Part shown: piece after piece, positions 17,132-26,168 of the stretch
Layout of the letters: every line of letters begins with the position of its first letter
How positions within the stretch are numbered: the stretch's first letter is position 1
From: Sinorhizobium meliloti
GTDB lineage: Bacteria; Pseudomonadota; Alphaproteobacteria; Rhizobiales; Rhizobiaceae
DNA: 32,000 bases
Assembly (NCBI RefSeq): GCF_017876815.1
Contig: NZ_JAGIOS010000003.1
Span: forward strand, 180,001-212,000
Direction of reading: 5' to 3'
The notes under the pieces: generated by a model
Database searches by the model: none
The model's input: the letters and a program-made list of their open reading frames with translations, nothing else
What the model was told of the DNA's origin: nothing
Program-made: the position numbers and the translations under genes

Positions 17132-17698
17132 TCAATGGTCGACAGCGGTTGAGGTATCCGCTCTCAGCTGATGCCATGCAGCTTGGGCCGGGCAGTAGAC
17201 CGCGAAGCCTCCTTTGGCGTCATTTCGCACTCTGCCGGAGCCGACCCTTTGTGCTCGCCAGGGGAAACATCCGATATCGACGAGAGACGTCGTCGGGTCT
17301 GGCTTGCCTATCGGGCGAGCCGGTCTCGTCTGGCTTCTCCAGGTGCTCGGGCGAGCGGACTGCGACGCCGAGAGCTCGCTATAGCGAATTGCTTGTGTCC
17401 GTCGTTGCCTTCCGCAAGTGGTGCCTACGGTGGGACGCCGCTCGGGCGCATCTCGGCTACGCAGGATTGACACAAGCTCCGGGTGTCCTGAGAGTCGACC
17501 CGCGGGCTTTCTCAGTCAGTGACCGGGATCTTTTCGCATGGGGCGTGCCGAGGCCGAGTCCCGTCGCCGATGCGAATACCGACATTGACACGCCAAGGCG
17601 ACGTCGGAGGTCCTTTTTGCCGCTTGGAGACAATGGTGTGGGCGGCATCGGTCGCCTTGGGAGCGAGCAATGCTGATCCCGCCGCTCGACATTTAAAG

Positions 17699-18643
17699 CT
17701 ATTCGCGCGCGATCTTCTCGACGAAATAGCGCGGGATCTGGTCCCGTTCGCGTCGGCGGTAGAACTCCATGCAAAACCTCACAAAGGCCTTGAATCGGCG
17801 AGAAACGTGCCGGCGCCGCGAATAGATAAGGTTGATTGCCGTTTCGCGCGACCGCCATTCCGAAAGGACGGGCACCAAAAGCCCGCTCTGGCACTCCGTT
17901 TCGACAAAGAAGCCCGGAAGATAGGCGATGCCTTGTCCGGCGACGGCAAAATATTTGAGGGTCCAGTAGTCGTTCGCTGTCAGCGCGGCAGTAAGCAGGA
18001 TTTCCGTCTCCGACCCGCCCGGTCGCGAAAGGTACCACGGCTGCAACCTCGTCGTGCTGCGAAAGATGAGACCCCGGTGCAGCGCCAGTTCGTCTTCGTT
18101 TGCCGGTTGATCGTGTTGTGCCAAATAATCAGGGCTGGCATAGAGGCCGTAGGAAGCCGTTGCCAGCCGGCGGCTGACGTAATCAACGTCGGATGGCTCG
18201 CCCCAATGGAAGATACCATCCAGCGCCATGTCGGAAACGTCGGTAAACGGCTGGCGGGCGGAGAGGAACACGACGTCGAGGATGACCTGCGGATAGGTCT
18301 TCTGGAAGGCGTAAAGCAATTCGGAGGTGACGGTCGTGCCGAACTCGCCCGTTGAGCCGACGCGCAGCGTCCCCGCCACCGCCTTATGCATTTCGGCCAT
18401 TGCGGTGACCGCATCGTCGCAGCTCGCTCGGATCTTCCGAGCATGGCGCAGGAGTTCCGAGCCGGCATCGGTCAGGTGCAGCTGGTGGCCCTCGCGTACG
18501 AACAGCTCGACACCGAATTGGTCTTCCAGTTGGCGGATGCGATGGCTAAGGGTCGACTTCGGCAATCGATGAAGGCGCGACGCTGCCGAAATAGACCTTG
18601 CATCCGCTACCTTCACGAAACAGTCGATTACTGAAAGGTCCAT
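17699..18643 (-). CDS. LysR-family transcriptional regulator
   Basis: The HTH reads MDLSVIDCFVKVADARSISAASRLHRLPKSTLSHRIRQLE. ATG 18643 is preferred over the 24-codon upstream extension. It is divergent from the deaminase/permease operon. Confidence 0.85.
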   Translation of the reverse strand: MDLSVIDCFVKVADARSISAASRLHRLPKSTLSHRIRQLEDQFGVELFVREGHQLHLTDAGSELLRHARKIRASCDDAVTAMAEMHKAVAGTLRVGSTGEFGTTVTSELLYAFQKTYPQVILDVVFLSARQPFTDVSDMALDGIFHWGEPSDVDYVSRRLATASYGLYASPDYLAQHDQPANEDELALHRGLIFRSTTRLQPWYLSRPGGSETEILLTAALTANDYWTLKYFAVAGQGIAYLPGFFVETECQSGLLVPVLSEWRSRETAINLIYSRRRHVSRRFKAFVRFCMEFYRRRERDQIPRYFVEKIARE

Positions 18644-18657
18644 TGGTCGTTTCCATT

Positions 18658-18677
18658 TCGTACAACATGTTGGACGA
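18658..18677. promoter_or_regulatory. 20-bp near-perfect palindrome TCGTaCAACATGTTGgACGA (9 of 10 pairs)
   Basis: Read directly. It lies 15 nt upstream of the LysR ATG and about 83 nt upstream of the deaminase ATG, making it a candidate LTTR site. Confidence 0.4.
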
Positions 18678-18759
18678 CACGTTCGATAATAGGCCTGGTT
18701 CGGCCAGTTGTTCAAACGTAAACCAGCTGGAATACTCCTTTCTGACGAGGGAGGTCTGA

Positions 18760-20562
18760 ATGTCCGACGTTCGAGAATTCATCCGAGCCGCTTCGGGCGG
18801 GGAGTCCAAGGCGACCGTGGCTGTTTGCGGCGGCCGGCTGGTCAATGTTGTTTCGGAGGAGATCTATCAGGCTGACGTCGCCATCTACCGCGATCGCATC
18901 ATTGCGGTCGGTGATATCAGTGAATATATCGGGCCGCAGACGGAGATTATCGACGCGGCGGACAGATATCTCACTCCCGGCATGATCGACGGCCATCTTC
19001 ACGTCGAATGCTCGAAACTGTCGCTGACGAGCTTTGCCAAGGCAGTTCTGCCACTTGGCACGACCTCGATCGTCTCCGGCCTCGACCAGATCATCGTCGT
19101 TGGTGGTCCGGACGCCGCGCGTGAATTCCTCGACGAGGTCAGGCAGACGCCGCTCAAAGTGTTTTGGGGTGCGCCGTGCAAGACGCCCTACACCATGCCG
19201 CGCTCCACCGTAGGCCACTATTTCAGCCCGAAGGACCACCGAGATACGCATCATTGGCCGGAATGCGTCGGGATATGGGAGACCGTGCGCGAATTCATCC
19301 AGGAGGAGGACGAGGACGTCCTGCAGGCCATAGAGATCGGTCAGGCGAACCGCCTGCCTGTGCTCGGTTGCTGCCCGATGACCCGCGGCGCGCGCCTCAA
19401 CGGATACATGCAGTCGGGCGTGCGTGCCGATCACGAGAGCTACACCCCCGAGGAAATGCTGGAGAAGCTGCGCGCAGGCATGCACGTCGTCGTGCGTGAA
19501 TCCTCCATCTCTCACTTTTTGTCCGACAATCTGCGCATCGTCACGGAGATGGGGGTGAAGGCGCTGCGCCGCATCAGCTTCTGCACGGACGATGTGGTAG
19601 CCAGCGACATTCTTTCCCGCGGACATCTCGACAACATGGTCCGCATGGCGATGGCCATGGGCATTTCGCCGATGGCCGCCATCCAGATGGCGACGATCAA
19701 TGGAGCGGAAGCACTGCGCATCGACCACAAGGTCGGTTCGATCTCTCCCGGGCGCACGGCCGACATCCTGATCGTTAACGACCTGCGTGACTTCCGCATC
19801 GAGGCGGTCGTGGCAAACGGTACCGTGGCGGCCCGCGACGGGCGTATGGTAGTGAAACTGGTCCCGCCGCAGCGCAGCGCCGGCCTGCTGCGGTCGGTCA
19901 AGACTACGCCAGTGACGGCCGCAGACATCGCCGTGCCCTTCACCGGCACGACGCCGTTCGCCGAGGTGCTCGCGATCGCGGTGACGCCGGAGAAGGTTTT
20001 CGTGCGCACCCGCCGGGACGTGAGGCTGCCGGTGGTCGACGGAAAGATCCTCGCCGACGCGAGCCAAAACGTACAATACGTGACGGTCGTCGAGCGCTAT
20101 GGCAAGACGCTGAACCGCCCCGTCGCCTTCGTGTCGGGCTTCAATCTGAAATCCGGCGCCATCGCCAGTTCCACGGCCCCGGACGACAACAACATCATTT
20201 GCATCGGTGCCGATCCCCAGGACATGGCGATCGCTATCAACCATCTCGTCGCCAATAATGGCGGTCAGGTCGTTGTCGATAAGGGCGAGGTCGTCGAATT
20301 CCTGCACTTGCCGATCGGCGGCATCGTGTCTGACATCGATCCCGCGGAGATGGCGGCGTTCGAATTGCGCCTGGACGAGGCGGCGCGCAGGCTCGGTTGC
20401 GATCTGCCCTGGCCGTTCATGTACATGTTCGTGCTGCAGATCACCGCCATCCCCGATTATGCCATGACCGATCTCGGGGTCGTCGATTGCGTCAATCTGC
20501 GGATCATTTCGCCGCTGGCCCCGGATGGGCCTGCCAAGGCGAACACGCTTGCGGCGGAGTAG
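18760..20562 (+). CDS. Adenine-deaminase-family amidohydrolase, divergent paralog (function probably not canonical)
   Basis: The SD GAGGGAGG precedes the ATG. The Ade-like scaffold is present (PGMIDGHLHVE, ADHESY, FCTDD). However, the canonical DPHE motif is GLDQ (19078-19089), GHxP is GCCP (Cys codon 19369-19371), and HDSH is PDDN (20179-20190). Confidence 0.8.
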   Translation: MSDVREFIRAASGGESKATVAVCGGRLVNVVSEEIYQADVAIYRDRIIAVGDISEYIGPQTEIIDAADRYLTPGMIDGHLHVECSKLSLTSFAKAVLPLGTTSIVSGLDQIIVVGGPDAAREFLDEVRQTPLKVFWGAPCKTPYTMPRSTVGHYFSPKDHRDTHHWPECVGIWETVREFIQEEDEDVLQAIEIGQANRLPVLGCCPMTRGARLNGYMQSGVRADHESYTPEEMLEKLRAGMHVVVRESSISHFLSDNLRIVTEMGVKALRRISFCTDDVVASDILSRGHLDNMVRMAMAMGISPMAAIQMATINGAEALRIDHKVGSISPGRTADILIVNDLRDFRIEAVVANGTVAARDGRMVVKLVPPQRSAGLLRSVKTTPVTAADIAVPFTGTTPFAEVLAIAVTPEKVFVRTRRDVRLPVVDGKILADASQNVQYVTVVERYGKTLNRPVAFVSGFNLKSGAIASSTAPDDNNIICIGADPQDMAIAINHLVANNGGQVVVDKGEVVEFLHLPIGGIVSDIDPAEMAAFELRLDEAARRLGCDLPWPFMYMFVLQITAIPDYAMTDLGVVDCVNLRIISPLAPDGPAKANTLAAE

Positions 20563-20609
20563 GAGATCCGTCAAGCGACTCGATGATGTTCAAAATGGGG
20601 AGGAACACT

Positions 20610-22010
20610 ATGAACTATCAGTCGAAAGTCGCGGGAGATCCCGCCAGCCCGGAGAAACCCGGGCCCGGCGGCGCCATAGACCGCCTATTTGAGGTCACCC
20701 GCAGCGGATCGACGATCCGCACGGAAATCATCGCCGCCCTGACGACGTTCCTGGCGGCGTCCTATGTCATCGTGGTCAATCCCGCAATTCTCCAGAATGC
20801 GGGCATTCCGTTTTCCGGAGGGGTCACGGCCACGGTCCTGGTCAGCTTCATCGGCAGCTGCGCCATGGGGCTTTACGCGCGCAGTCCCATTCTCGTCGCG
20901 CCCGGCATGGGCATCAACGCCCTGTTTGCCTACACGATGGTGATGGGGGCGAAAGTGCCGCTGGAGATCGCTCTCGGCTGCGTGTTCTGGGCCGGCGTTC
21001 TCTTCACTATCCTCGCCATACTCAACCTGCGCACGGCTGTCATCGAGGCGGTCCCGAAGGACCTGCGCTACGGAATTGCTTGCGGCATCGGTCTGTTCAT
21101 TGCACTGATTGGCCTGGAGAATGCCAAGTTCATCGTCGCCAGCCCAGATACGATCGTCGCCCTGACCCAGTTCACGCCGGTCACGCTCACCTTCATCGCC
21201 GGCTTCATCATCACGGCTGCCCTGGTAGTGCGCCGCATACCAGGCGCAATGATGACTGGCATGATCATCACCACCGTGCTTGCGATACCGATCGGTCGCC
21301 TGTGGGGAGACGGCAGCGCCTTTGCGGGTGGGACGCCGGATGTCCAGACGCTCGTCAACTGGAGCGGCCTGTTTGCCGCGCCCGATTTCAGTTTCGTCGG
21401 CAGGATCGATCTTCTTGGTGCCCTTCAGGTCGCCTATGCACCGTTCATCTTCGTCTTCCTCTTCACCAACTTCGTGGAGGCGCTGTCGACTTTCTTGGGG
21501 CTCGCGGAAGCGGCCAACCTGAAGGACGAGAGTGGGATGCCACGCAACATCAAGGAATCGATGCATGTCGACGCCGTCGCGGCGCTGATATCCGCCCCGC
21601 TCGGCACTAGCCCGGCAACGGTCTACCTGGAATCGGGCGCCGGCATCGCGCAGGGTGGGCGGACTGGCCTCGTCGCCTTTATTGCGGGGCTCCTATTCCT
21701 GCCGTTCCTGTTCCTCTCGCCGCTCCTTTCGCTGGTGCCGACGATTGCCACGGCGCCCGTCCTCATCCTCACGGGCCTCTTCATGTCGGCGCCGATGGGG
21801 CAGATCAACTGGGCGGACATGGAAGACGCCATCCCGGCCTTTCTCGCAATCGTGCTCATTCCGCTGACGTTTTCGATAACTCTCGGCCTGTCGCTTGCCA
21901 TCATCGCCTTCGTTATGATGAAGCTTGCTCTCGGAAAGGTTTCCGAGGTCAAGCCCGTCATGTGGTTCGTCGCCGTGCTTGCCGCGATGCTGGTGATGCA
22001 GGTTCAATGA
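20610..22010 (+). CDS. NCS2/AzgA-family purine (adenine/guanine/hypoxanthine-type) permease
   Basis: ATG 20610 follows GGGAGGAA. The N-terminus is typical (FEVTRSGSTIRTEIIAALTTFLAASYVIVVNPAIL) and the protein is polytopic throughout. Confidence 0.85.
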   Translation: MNYQSKVAGDPASPEKPGPGGAIDRLFEVTRSGSTIRTEIIAALTTFLAASYVIVVNPAILQNAGIPFSGGVTATVLVSFIGSCAMGLYARSPILVAPGMGINALFAYTMVMGAKVPLEIALGCVFWAGVLFTILAILNLRTAVIEAVPKDLRYGIACGIGLFIALIGLENAKFIVASPDTIVALTQFTPVTLTFIAGFIITAALVVRRIPGAMMTGMIITTVLAIPIGRLWGDGSAFAGGTPDVQTLVNWSGLFAAPDFSFVGRIDLLGALQVAYAPFIFVFLFTNFVEALSTFLGLAEAANLKDESGMPRNIKESMHVDAVAALISAPLGTSPATVYLESGAGIAQGGRTGLVAFIAGLLFLPFLFLSPLLSLVPTIATAPVLILTGLFMSAPMGQINWADMEDAIPAFLAIVLIPLTFSITLGLSLAIIAFVMMKLALGKVSEVKPVMWFVAVLAAMLVMQVQ

Positions 22011-22082
22011 TCTCATCCGGTGGTGTCGCGTAGCGGCGCCGCCGGTTCGTATCGGTGCTTGGATTAGGAAGGATCGGCAGAA

Positions 22083-23870
22083 ATGCTGCAGCCATGGTCT
22101 GAAATCGCACCACGCCTCGTAGATGTCGCTATGGGGCGGAAGCCAGCGGATTTGGTCGTCCGCAACGGCAGGTGGGTGAACGTCTATTCCGGGGAAATCG
22201 TGCCGGGCGCCGATATCGCGATCGTCGGGGGCCGCTTCGCTTATGTCGGTCCCGACGCCGGCCACACAATCGGGGAGGGGACCAAGATCGTCGATGCGGC
22301 CGGCCGCTACCTCGTCCCCGGTCTCTGCGACGGGCACATGCATGTCGAAAGCGGGCTGGTAACGGTGACCGAGTTCGCCCGCGCCGTCATTCCGCACGGC
22401 ACGACGACCATGTTCGTGGACCCTCACGAGATCGCCAACGTGCTCGGCATCGCCGGCGTGAAGCTGATGAACGACGAGGCGCAGACCCTGCCCGTCAACA
22501 TCTTCGTGCAGGTTCCGAGCTGCGTCCCCAGCGCGCCGGGGCTAGAGAATGCCGGCGCGACGCTGAGCGCCGCGGACGTGCGCGAAGCCCTTGCCTGGCC
22601 CAACATTATCGGGCTCGGCGAGATGATGAACTTCCCCGGGGTTGCTGCGAACGATTCCAAGATGGTTGCCGAAATCGCCGCAACGCGGGCCGCAGGCCTG
22701 ACGGTCGGCGGTCACTATGCCTCCCCGGACCTGGGCCGCGCCTTCCATGCCTATGCCGCCGGCGGCCCGGCAGACGACCACGAGGGAACCACCGTCGAAG
22801 ACGCGATCGCGCGCGTTCGGCAGGGCATGCGGTCCATGCTTCGTCTCGGCTCGGCCTGGTTCGACGTGGCCGCACAGGTCAAGGCTATTACCGAACGGGG
22901 CATCGATCCACGCAATTTCGTGCTCTGCACGGATGACAGCCACTCCGGCACACTGGTCAGCGATGGCCACATGAACCGCGTGGTGCGCCACGCCATCTCC
23001 CAGGGCCTGAAGCCGATCACCGCGATCCAGATGGCGACACTCAACACCGCGCAGCACTTTGGCCTGGAGCGGGATCTGGGCTCGATTGCCCCGGGACGCC
23101 GCGCCGATCTCATCGTGACCTCCGATCTGACCGCCTTGCCGATAGAGATGGTGTTCGTCCGCGGTCGGCTTTTGGCGGAGAAGGGCGTGCTGGTTGCCGA
23201 CATTCCCGCCTACGACTATCCAGCGAGCGCCAAAAACACGGTGAAACTCGGCAAGAGGCTTGCCCCAACCGACTTTGACATTTCTGCGGCCGGATCGTCG
23301 GAAGTCGAGGTGCGGGTGATCGGCGTCATCGAAAACCAGGCCCCCACCAAAGCCTTACAGCGCCGACTGCCGGTAGAATGCGGCGTAGTGCAGATGGATC
23401 GCGCCAGCGACGTGTGCCAGATCGCGCTGGTGGAGCGCCATCGGGCGACCGGCGGCGTGATCAACGCCTTCGTCTCCGGCTTCGGTTACGACACCCATTG
23501 CGCCATGGCCTCAACGGTCGCCCATGACAGCCACCATATGATCGTCGTTGGCACGAATAAGGCTGACATGGCGCAGGCCGCGAACCGACTGCAGGAGGTG
23601 GGCGGCGGTATTGTGCTCATTGCCGGCGGGCGTGAACTCGCTCTCGTCGAACTGCCAGTCGCCGGGCTCATGTCGGACCAGCGCGCGGAAATCGTGGCGG
23701 AAAAGGCAAGTCGTCTCGTGGAAGCCATGCGTGCCTGCGGCTGCAAACTTAATAATGCCTACATGCAGCATTCTCTGCTGGCGTTGGTGGTGATTCCGGA
23801 ACTACGTATCTCCGACGTCGGCCTAATCGATGTCACCCGTTTCGAGACGACCGAGGTGATCGTTCGTTAG
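22083..23870 (+). CDS. ade: Adenine deaminase (canonical-looking Ade family member)
   Basis: All landmark motifs I recall from E. coli/Agrobacterium Ade are present: DGHMHVE, VDPHEIANV, GLGEMMNFPGV, GGHY, DDHEG, CTDD and AHDSHHMIVVG. Confidence 0.8.
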   Translation: MLQPWSEIAPRLVDVAMGRKPADLVVRNGRWVNVYSGEIVPGADIAIVGGRFAYVGPDAGHTIGEGTKIVDAAGRYLVPGLCDGHMHVESGLVTVTEFARAVIPHGTTTMFVDPHEIANVLGIAGVKLMNDEAQTLPVNIFVQVPSCVPSAPGLENAGATLSAADVREALAWPNIIGLGEMMNFPGVAANDSKMVAEIAATRAAGLTVGGHYASPDLGRAFHAYAAGGPADDHEGTTVEDAIARVRQGMRSMLRLGSAWFDVAAQVKAITERGIDPRNFVLCTDDSHSGTLVSDGHMNRVVRHAISQGLKPITAIQMATLNTAQHFGLERDLGSIAPGRRADLIVTSDLTALPIEMVFVRGRLLAEKGVLVADIPAYDYPASAKNTVKLGKRLAPTDFDISAAGSSEVEVRVIGVIENQAPTKALQRRLPVECGVVQMDRASDVCQIALVERHRATGGVINAFVSGFGYDTHCAMASTVAHDSHHMIVVGTNKADMAQAANRLQEVGGGIVLIAGGRELALVELPVAGLMSDQRAEIVAEKASRLVEAMRACGCKLNNAYMQHSLLALVVIPELRISDVGLIDVTRFETTEVIVR

Positions 23871-23997
23871 TGCGCTACCTCCCATTCGGCGTAGGGTGGT
23901 CATTCTCCAGGAACTCTTGTTCCAGAGACCGTTGTTATAAAGGTATGCGCGGAGGAGGGGCGTGAGCGCTGAATGACCGGCTAGTTCGCTGTACGGG

Positions 23998-24699
23998 CTA
24001 AGCAGGCGGTAGCAGCGAATGATCCCTTTGGGTCGAGGCACAGTCGTTGCTGCTCACGCTAGGAAGGCAGTGGTTGATGCGCAAAGGTAGCAGGCCAGGA
24101 TCCCGGCCCCACGCGCGTGCGACATCCCGGATAAGATAGCGGTGGAAAGCCTCGGCCGATATTTGCTCCCGCTCTTGGAACAAAGCAGAGCACGAAAGTT
24201 GGCACTGGGGGAGGACCCCGCATGGCGGACCATCAATGAGCGTTCGGCCGTTGGGAGCCGACAGTAGCGCACCGATGCGGCCGATGGAGTTGTGTGCGTC
24301 GTGGGGAATGCCCTCCTTTGGGAGCGGATTGCTGCTGAATGCGATCAAGTCGGCTTCCGACCAGAAGAGCGCGTGTCTCATGCCCTGAGGTTGAGCCGCC
24401 TCCAGCGCATCAAATTAGACGGACTGAAAGGCGCAGCACTGCCACAGGCCCGGAGCGACGGCGAACATACTCTCGTGTACGTCGCGCCAGTAGGCCTCGC
24501 ACACTTCCGGCGGGATATCGGCGCGCCACCAGCAAGACGCCGTCAACGCGAGTTCGGCAGCGTTCTCACGTTTGGCCTGTCCATCACAGCAAGCGATTGT
24601 CTGGTCTCGATCACAGCTCTGCACCCCCTTCGGCTCGATTTTTCGGAGCTGTGAGAAAACGAACAGGGGCGCAAAATGTTGCGCAGCGTCAAACGCCAT
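23998..24699 (-). pseudogene. EthD-domain-like ORF (two tandem domains) interrupted by an in-frame TAA
   Basis: ORFs 24415..24699 and 23998..24381 share one frame and are separated only by the TAA at 24415-24417. The EthD-like signatures are IPPEVCEAYWRDVHESMFAVAPGL and ISAEAFHRYLIRDVA. The N- and C-terminal segments look non-protein-like, so further lesions are possible. Confidence 0.35.
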
Positions 24700-24734
24700 C
24701 TGCTGCGCCGGAAAGCAGACGTTGCTCGCCGTGT

Positions 24735-25628
24735 TCAGGACGCTGCTGTTCCGAGGGCTGTGGCCAGTACGTCGGCCAGGTCGCGCCCGGCGCTGCCGGA
24801 CTCATCAAGGCGCGGATTGTAGATGGTGATCTCGATGCCGACTGCCTTGCCACTCGCCAAGGCAACCCGAAGCGCGGTCCCTAGCTCGTCCCACGACAAC
24901 CCGCCCGGCATGCGGAAATCGACAGCCGGCATGATGGCGTCGTCGAGGCAATCGGCGTCGAGATGGATGAAGAAGCCGTCCAGTTCCTCTCGCGTCAGGT
25001 GGTCAACCGCTTCGCGCGCGGCGGCCTCAATGCCCACTGCGCGCACGGCGGGAAGATCAATCGCCTTGAGCTCGTTAGGGAGCGGCTGGCTTCCGTACTC
25101 CTCCTGATCCTTATGATCGCGATATGCGAACGCGACAGCGTCTTCGGGACGGACCAGAGGACCGCGACCTTCAATGTCGGTCAGATGTGACGGGCCGTAG
25201 CCGGTAACGAGGGCAAGGTCCATGGAGGCGCCCTCACCATTAGGCTCCGCCTCGGGCTGGAAGAAATCGGCGTTGCCGTCGATGAAGAGCAGGCCGTAGC
25301 GGCCGCGTCGGCGAAACGCGAGCATCGAGCCCAGCACGATCGTGCAATCGCCGCCCAGTACCACCGGAAATTCGCCCGCGGTAAGCACCGCTTCCACCGC
25401 GTCGGCGAGCTTGGGCGACCAAGCCGCAATTGCCCTCGCATTCAGGATGCCGGTCTCGGGATCTGGCGTAGGCTCCTTCGGAGGCACCGCCAGCCGCTCG
25501 GCGTGGCGCGCATGGATGCGCTCCGCAAGACCGAGATGCAGGAGTTGGTCGGGCAGGCGCTCCACTCCGTGGGTCGCCAGTCCCAACGTGGAAGGGGCTT
25601 CGAGAATTGCATAAGGAAGGGTCGGCAT
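24735..25628 (-). CDS. Arginase/ureohydrolase-fold protein with non-canonical metal-ligand positions
   Basis: GGAGG lies 5 nt upstream of the ATG. The family scaffold reads VVLGGDCTIVLG, LLFIDGNADF and FIHLDADCLDD. Canonical GGDH is GGDC (Cys codon 25344-25346) and DAHxD is DGNAD (Asn codon 25272-25274). Confidence 0.75.
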   Translation of the reverse strand: MPTLPYAILEAPSTLGLATHGVERLPDQLLHLGLAERIHARHAERLAVPPKEPTPDPETGILNARAIAAWSPKLADAVEAVLTAGEFPVVLGGDCTIVLGSMLAFRRRGRYGLLFIDGNADFFQPEAEPNGEGASMDLALVTGYGPSHLTDIEGRGPLVRPEDAVAFAYRDHKDQEEYGSQPLPNELKAIDLPAVRAVGIEAAAREAVDHLTREELDGFFIHLDADCLDDAIMPAVDFRMPGGLSWDELGTALRVALASGKAVGIEITIYNPRLDESGSAGRDLADVLATALGTAAS

Positions 25629-25646
25629 GAGCGCCTCCGTGAGCGA

Positions 25647-26023
25647 CTACTTTGCGGAGTAGATCGCTGCCTCGATTTTGTAACTATCTGTATCGCGGAC
25701 GAACGCCCCATAATAGTTGGCATCGTAGTTCGGCCGCAGCCCCAGAGCGCCATCGTCGCTGCCACTATATCTTAATGCTTGCGTAAAATTGATTGACTAT
25801 CGAACGGTCCTCGACGGCAAAGGCGACATGAGTGCCATTGCCCACGGTCGGTGGTTTTCTATCAATCGGAACCTGAACGCTGAAAGTGAAACGTGCCGCT
25901 TCCATAGCCTAGTCCACCTCGTCCTCTGCCATCGGCACAAGGCCGACGATGGGCAAAAACGGCATCGTAGAAGCGCTTCGAACGCCCAACATCATTCGTC
26001 CCTACCGAGACATGGTGGATCAC
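25647..26023 (-). pseudogene. VOC (glyoxalase/bleomycin-resistance) family gene with at least two frameshifts
   Basis: Minus-strand segments in three frames read colinearly: (GTG)IHHVSVGTNDVGRSKRFYDAV / GLVPMAEDEVD..RFTFSVQVPIDRKPPTVGNGTHVAFAVEDRSIVNQFYAS / SGSDDGALGLRPNYDANYYGAFVRDTDSYKIEAAIYSAK*. The length of 377 nt is not a multiple of 3. Confidence 0.55.
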
Positions 26024-26168
26024 AACTACCTGCGCTCCAGCTTTGTCCCTAACGGCAGCTTCTGGTCATTGTTTCCTCAAAGCCGACTGTCGTTTGTTCA
26101 CCACAAGATACAGCCTTGCTTTCATGTTGAACGGTAATTTATGTTGTGTTCAACACACGGAGGCTAGC

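Noticed and set aside
17519-18355. 278-aa plus-strand ORF overlapping the LysR gene
   Set aside because: It is antisense to a well-supported LTTR with an HTH motif. Its composition is Arg/Ala-rich, and it has no SD or domain signature.
18712-20574. 620-aa ORF on the minus strand, exactly antisense to the 600-aa deaminase-family gene
   Set aside because: It is extremely Arg/His/Asp/Gly-rich with no recognisable domain or SD. This is a classic shadow ORF in high-GC DNA, and the plus-strand frame has clear family motifs.
20685-22427. Long minus-strand ORFs (20685..21566, 21693..22427) opposite the purine permease
   Set aside because: They are charged and Arg/Asp-rich antisense translations of a hydrophobic membrane-protein gene, which makes them shadow ORFs.
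24339-24884. 181-aa plus-strand ORF spanning the EthD-like/arginase junction
   Set aside because: It is an Arg/Pro/Ser-rich antisense translation with no supporting signals.
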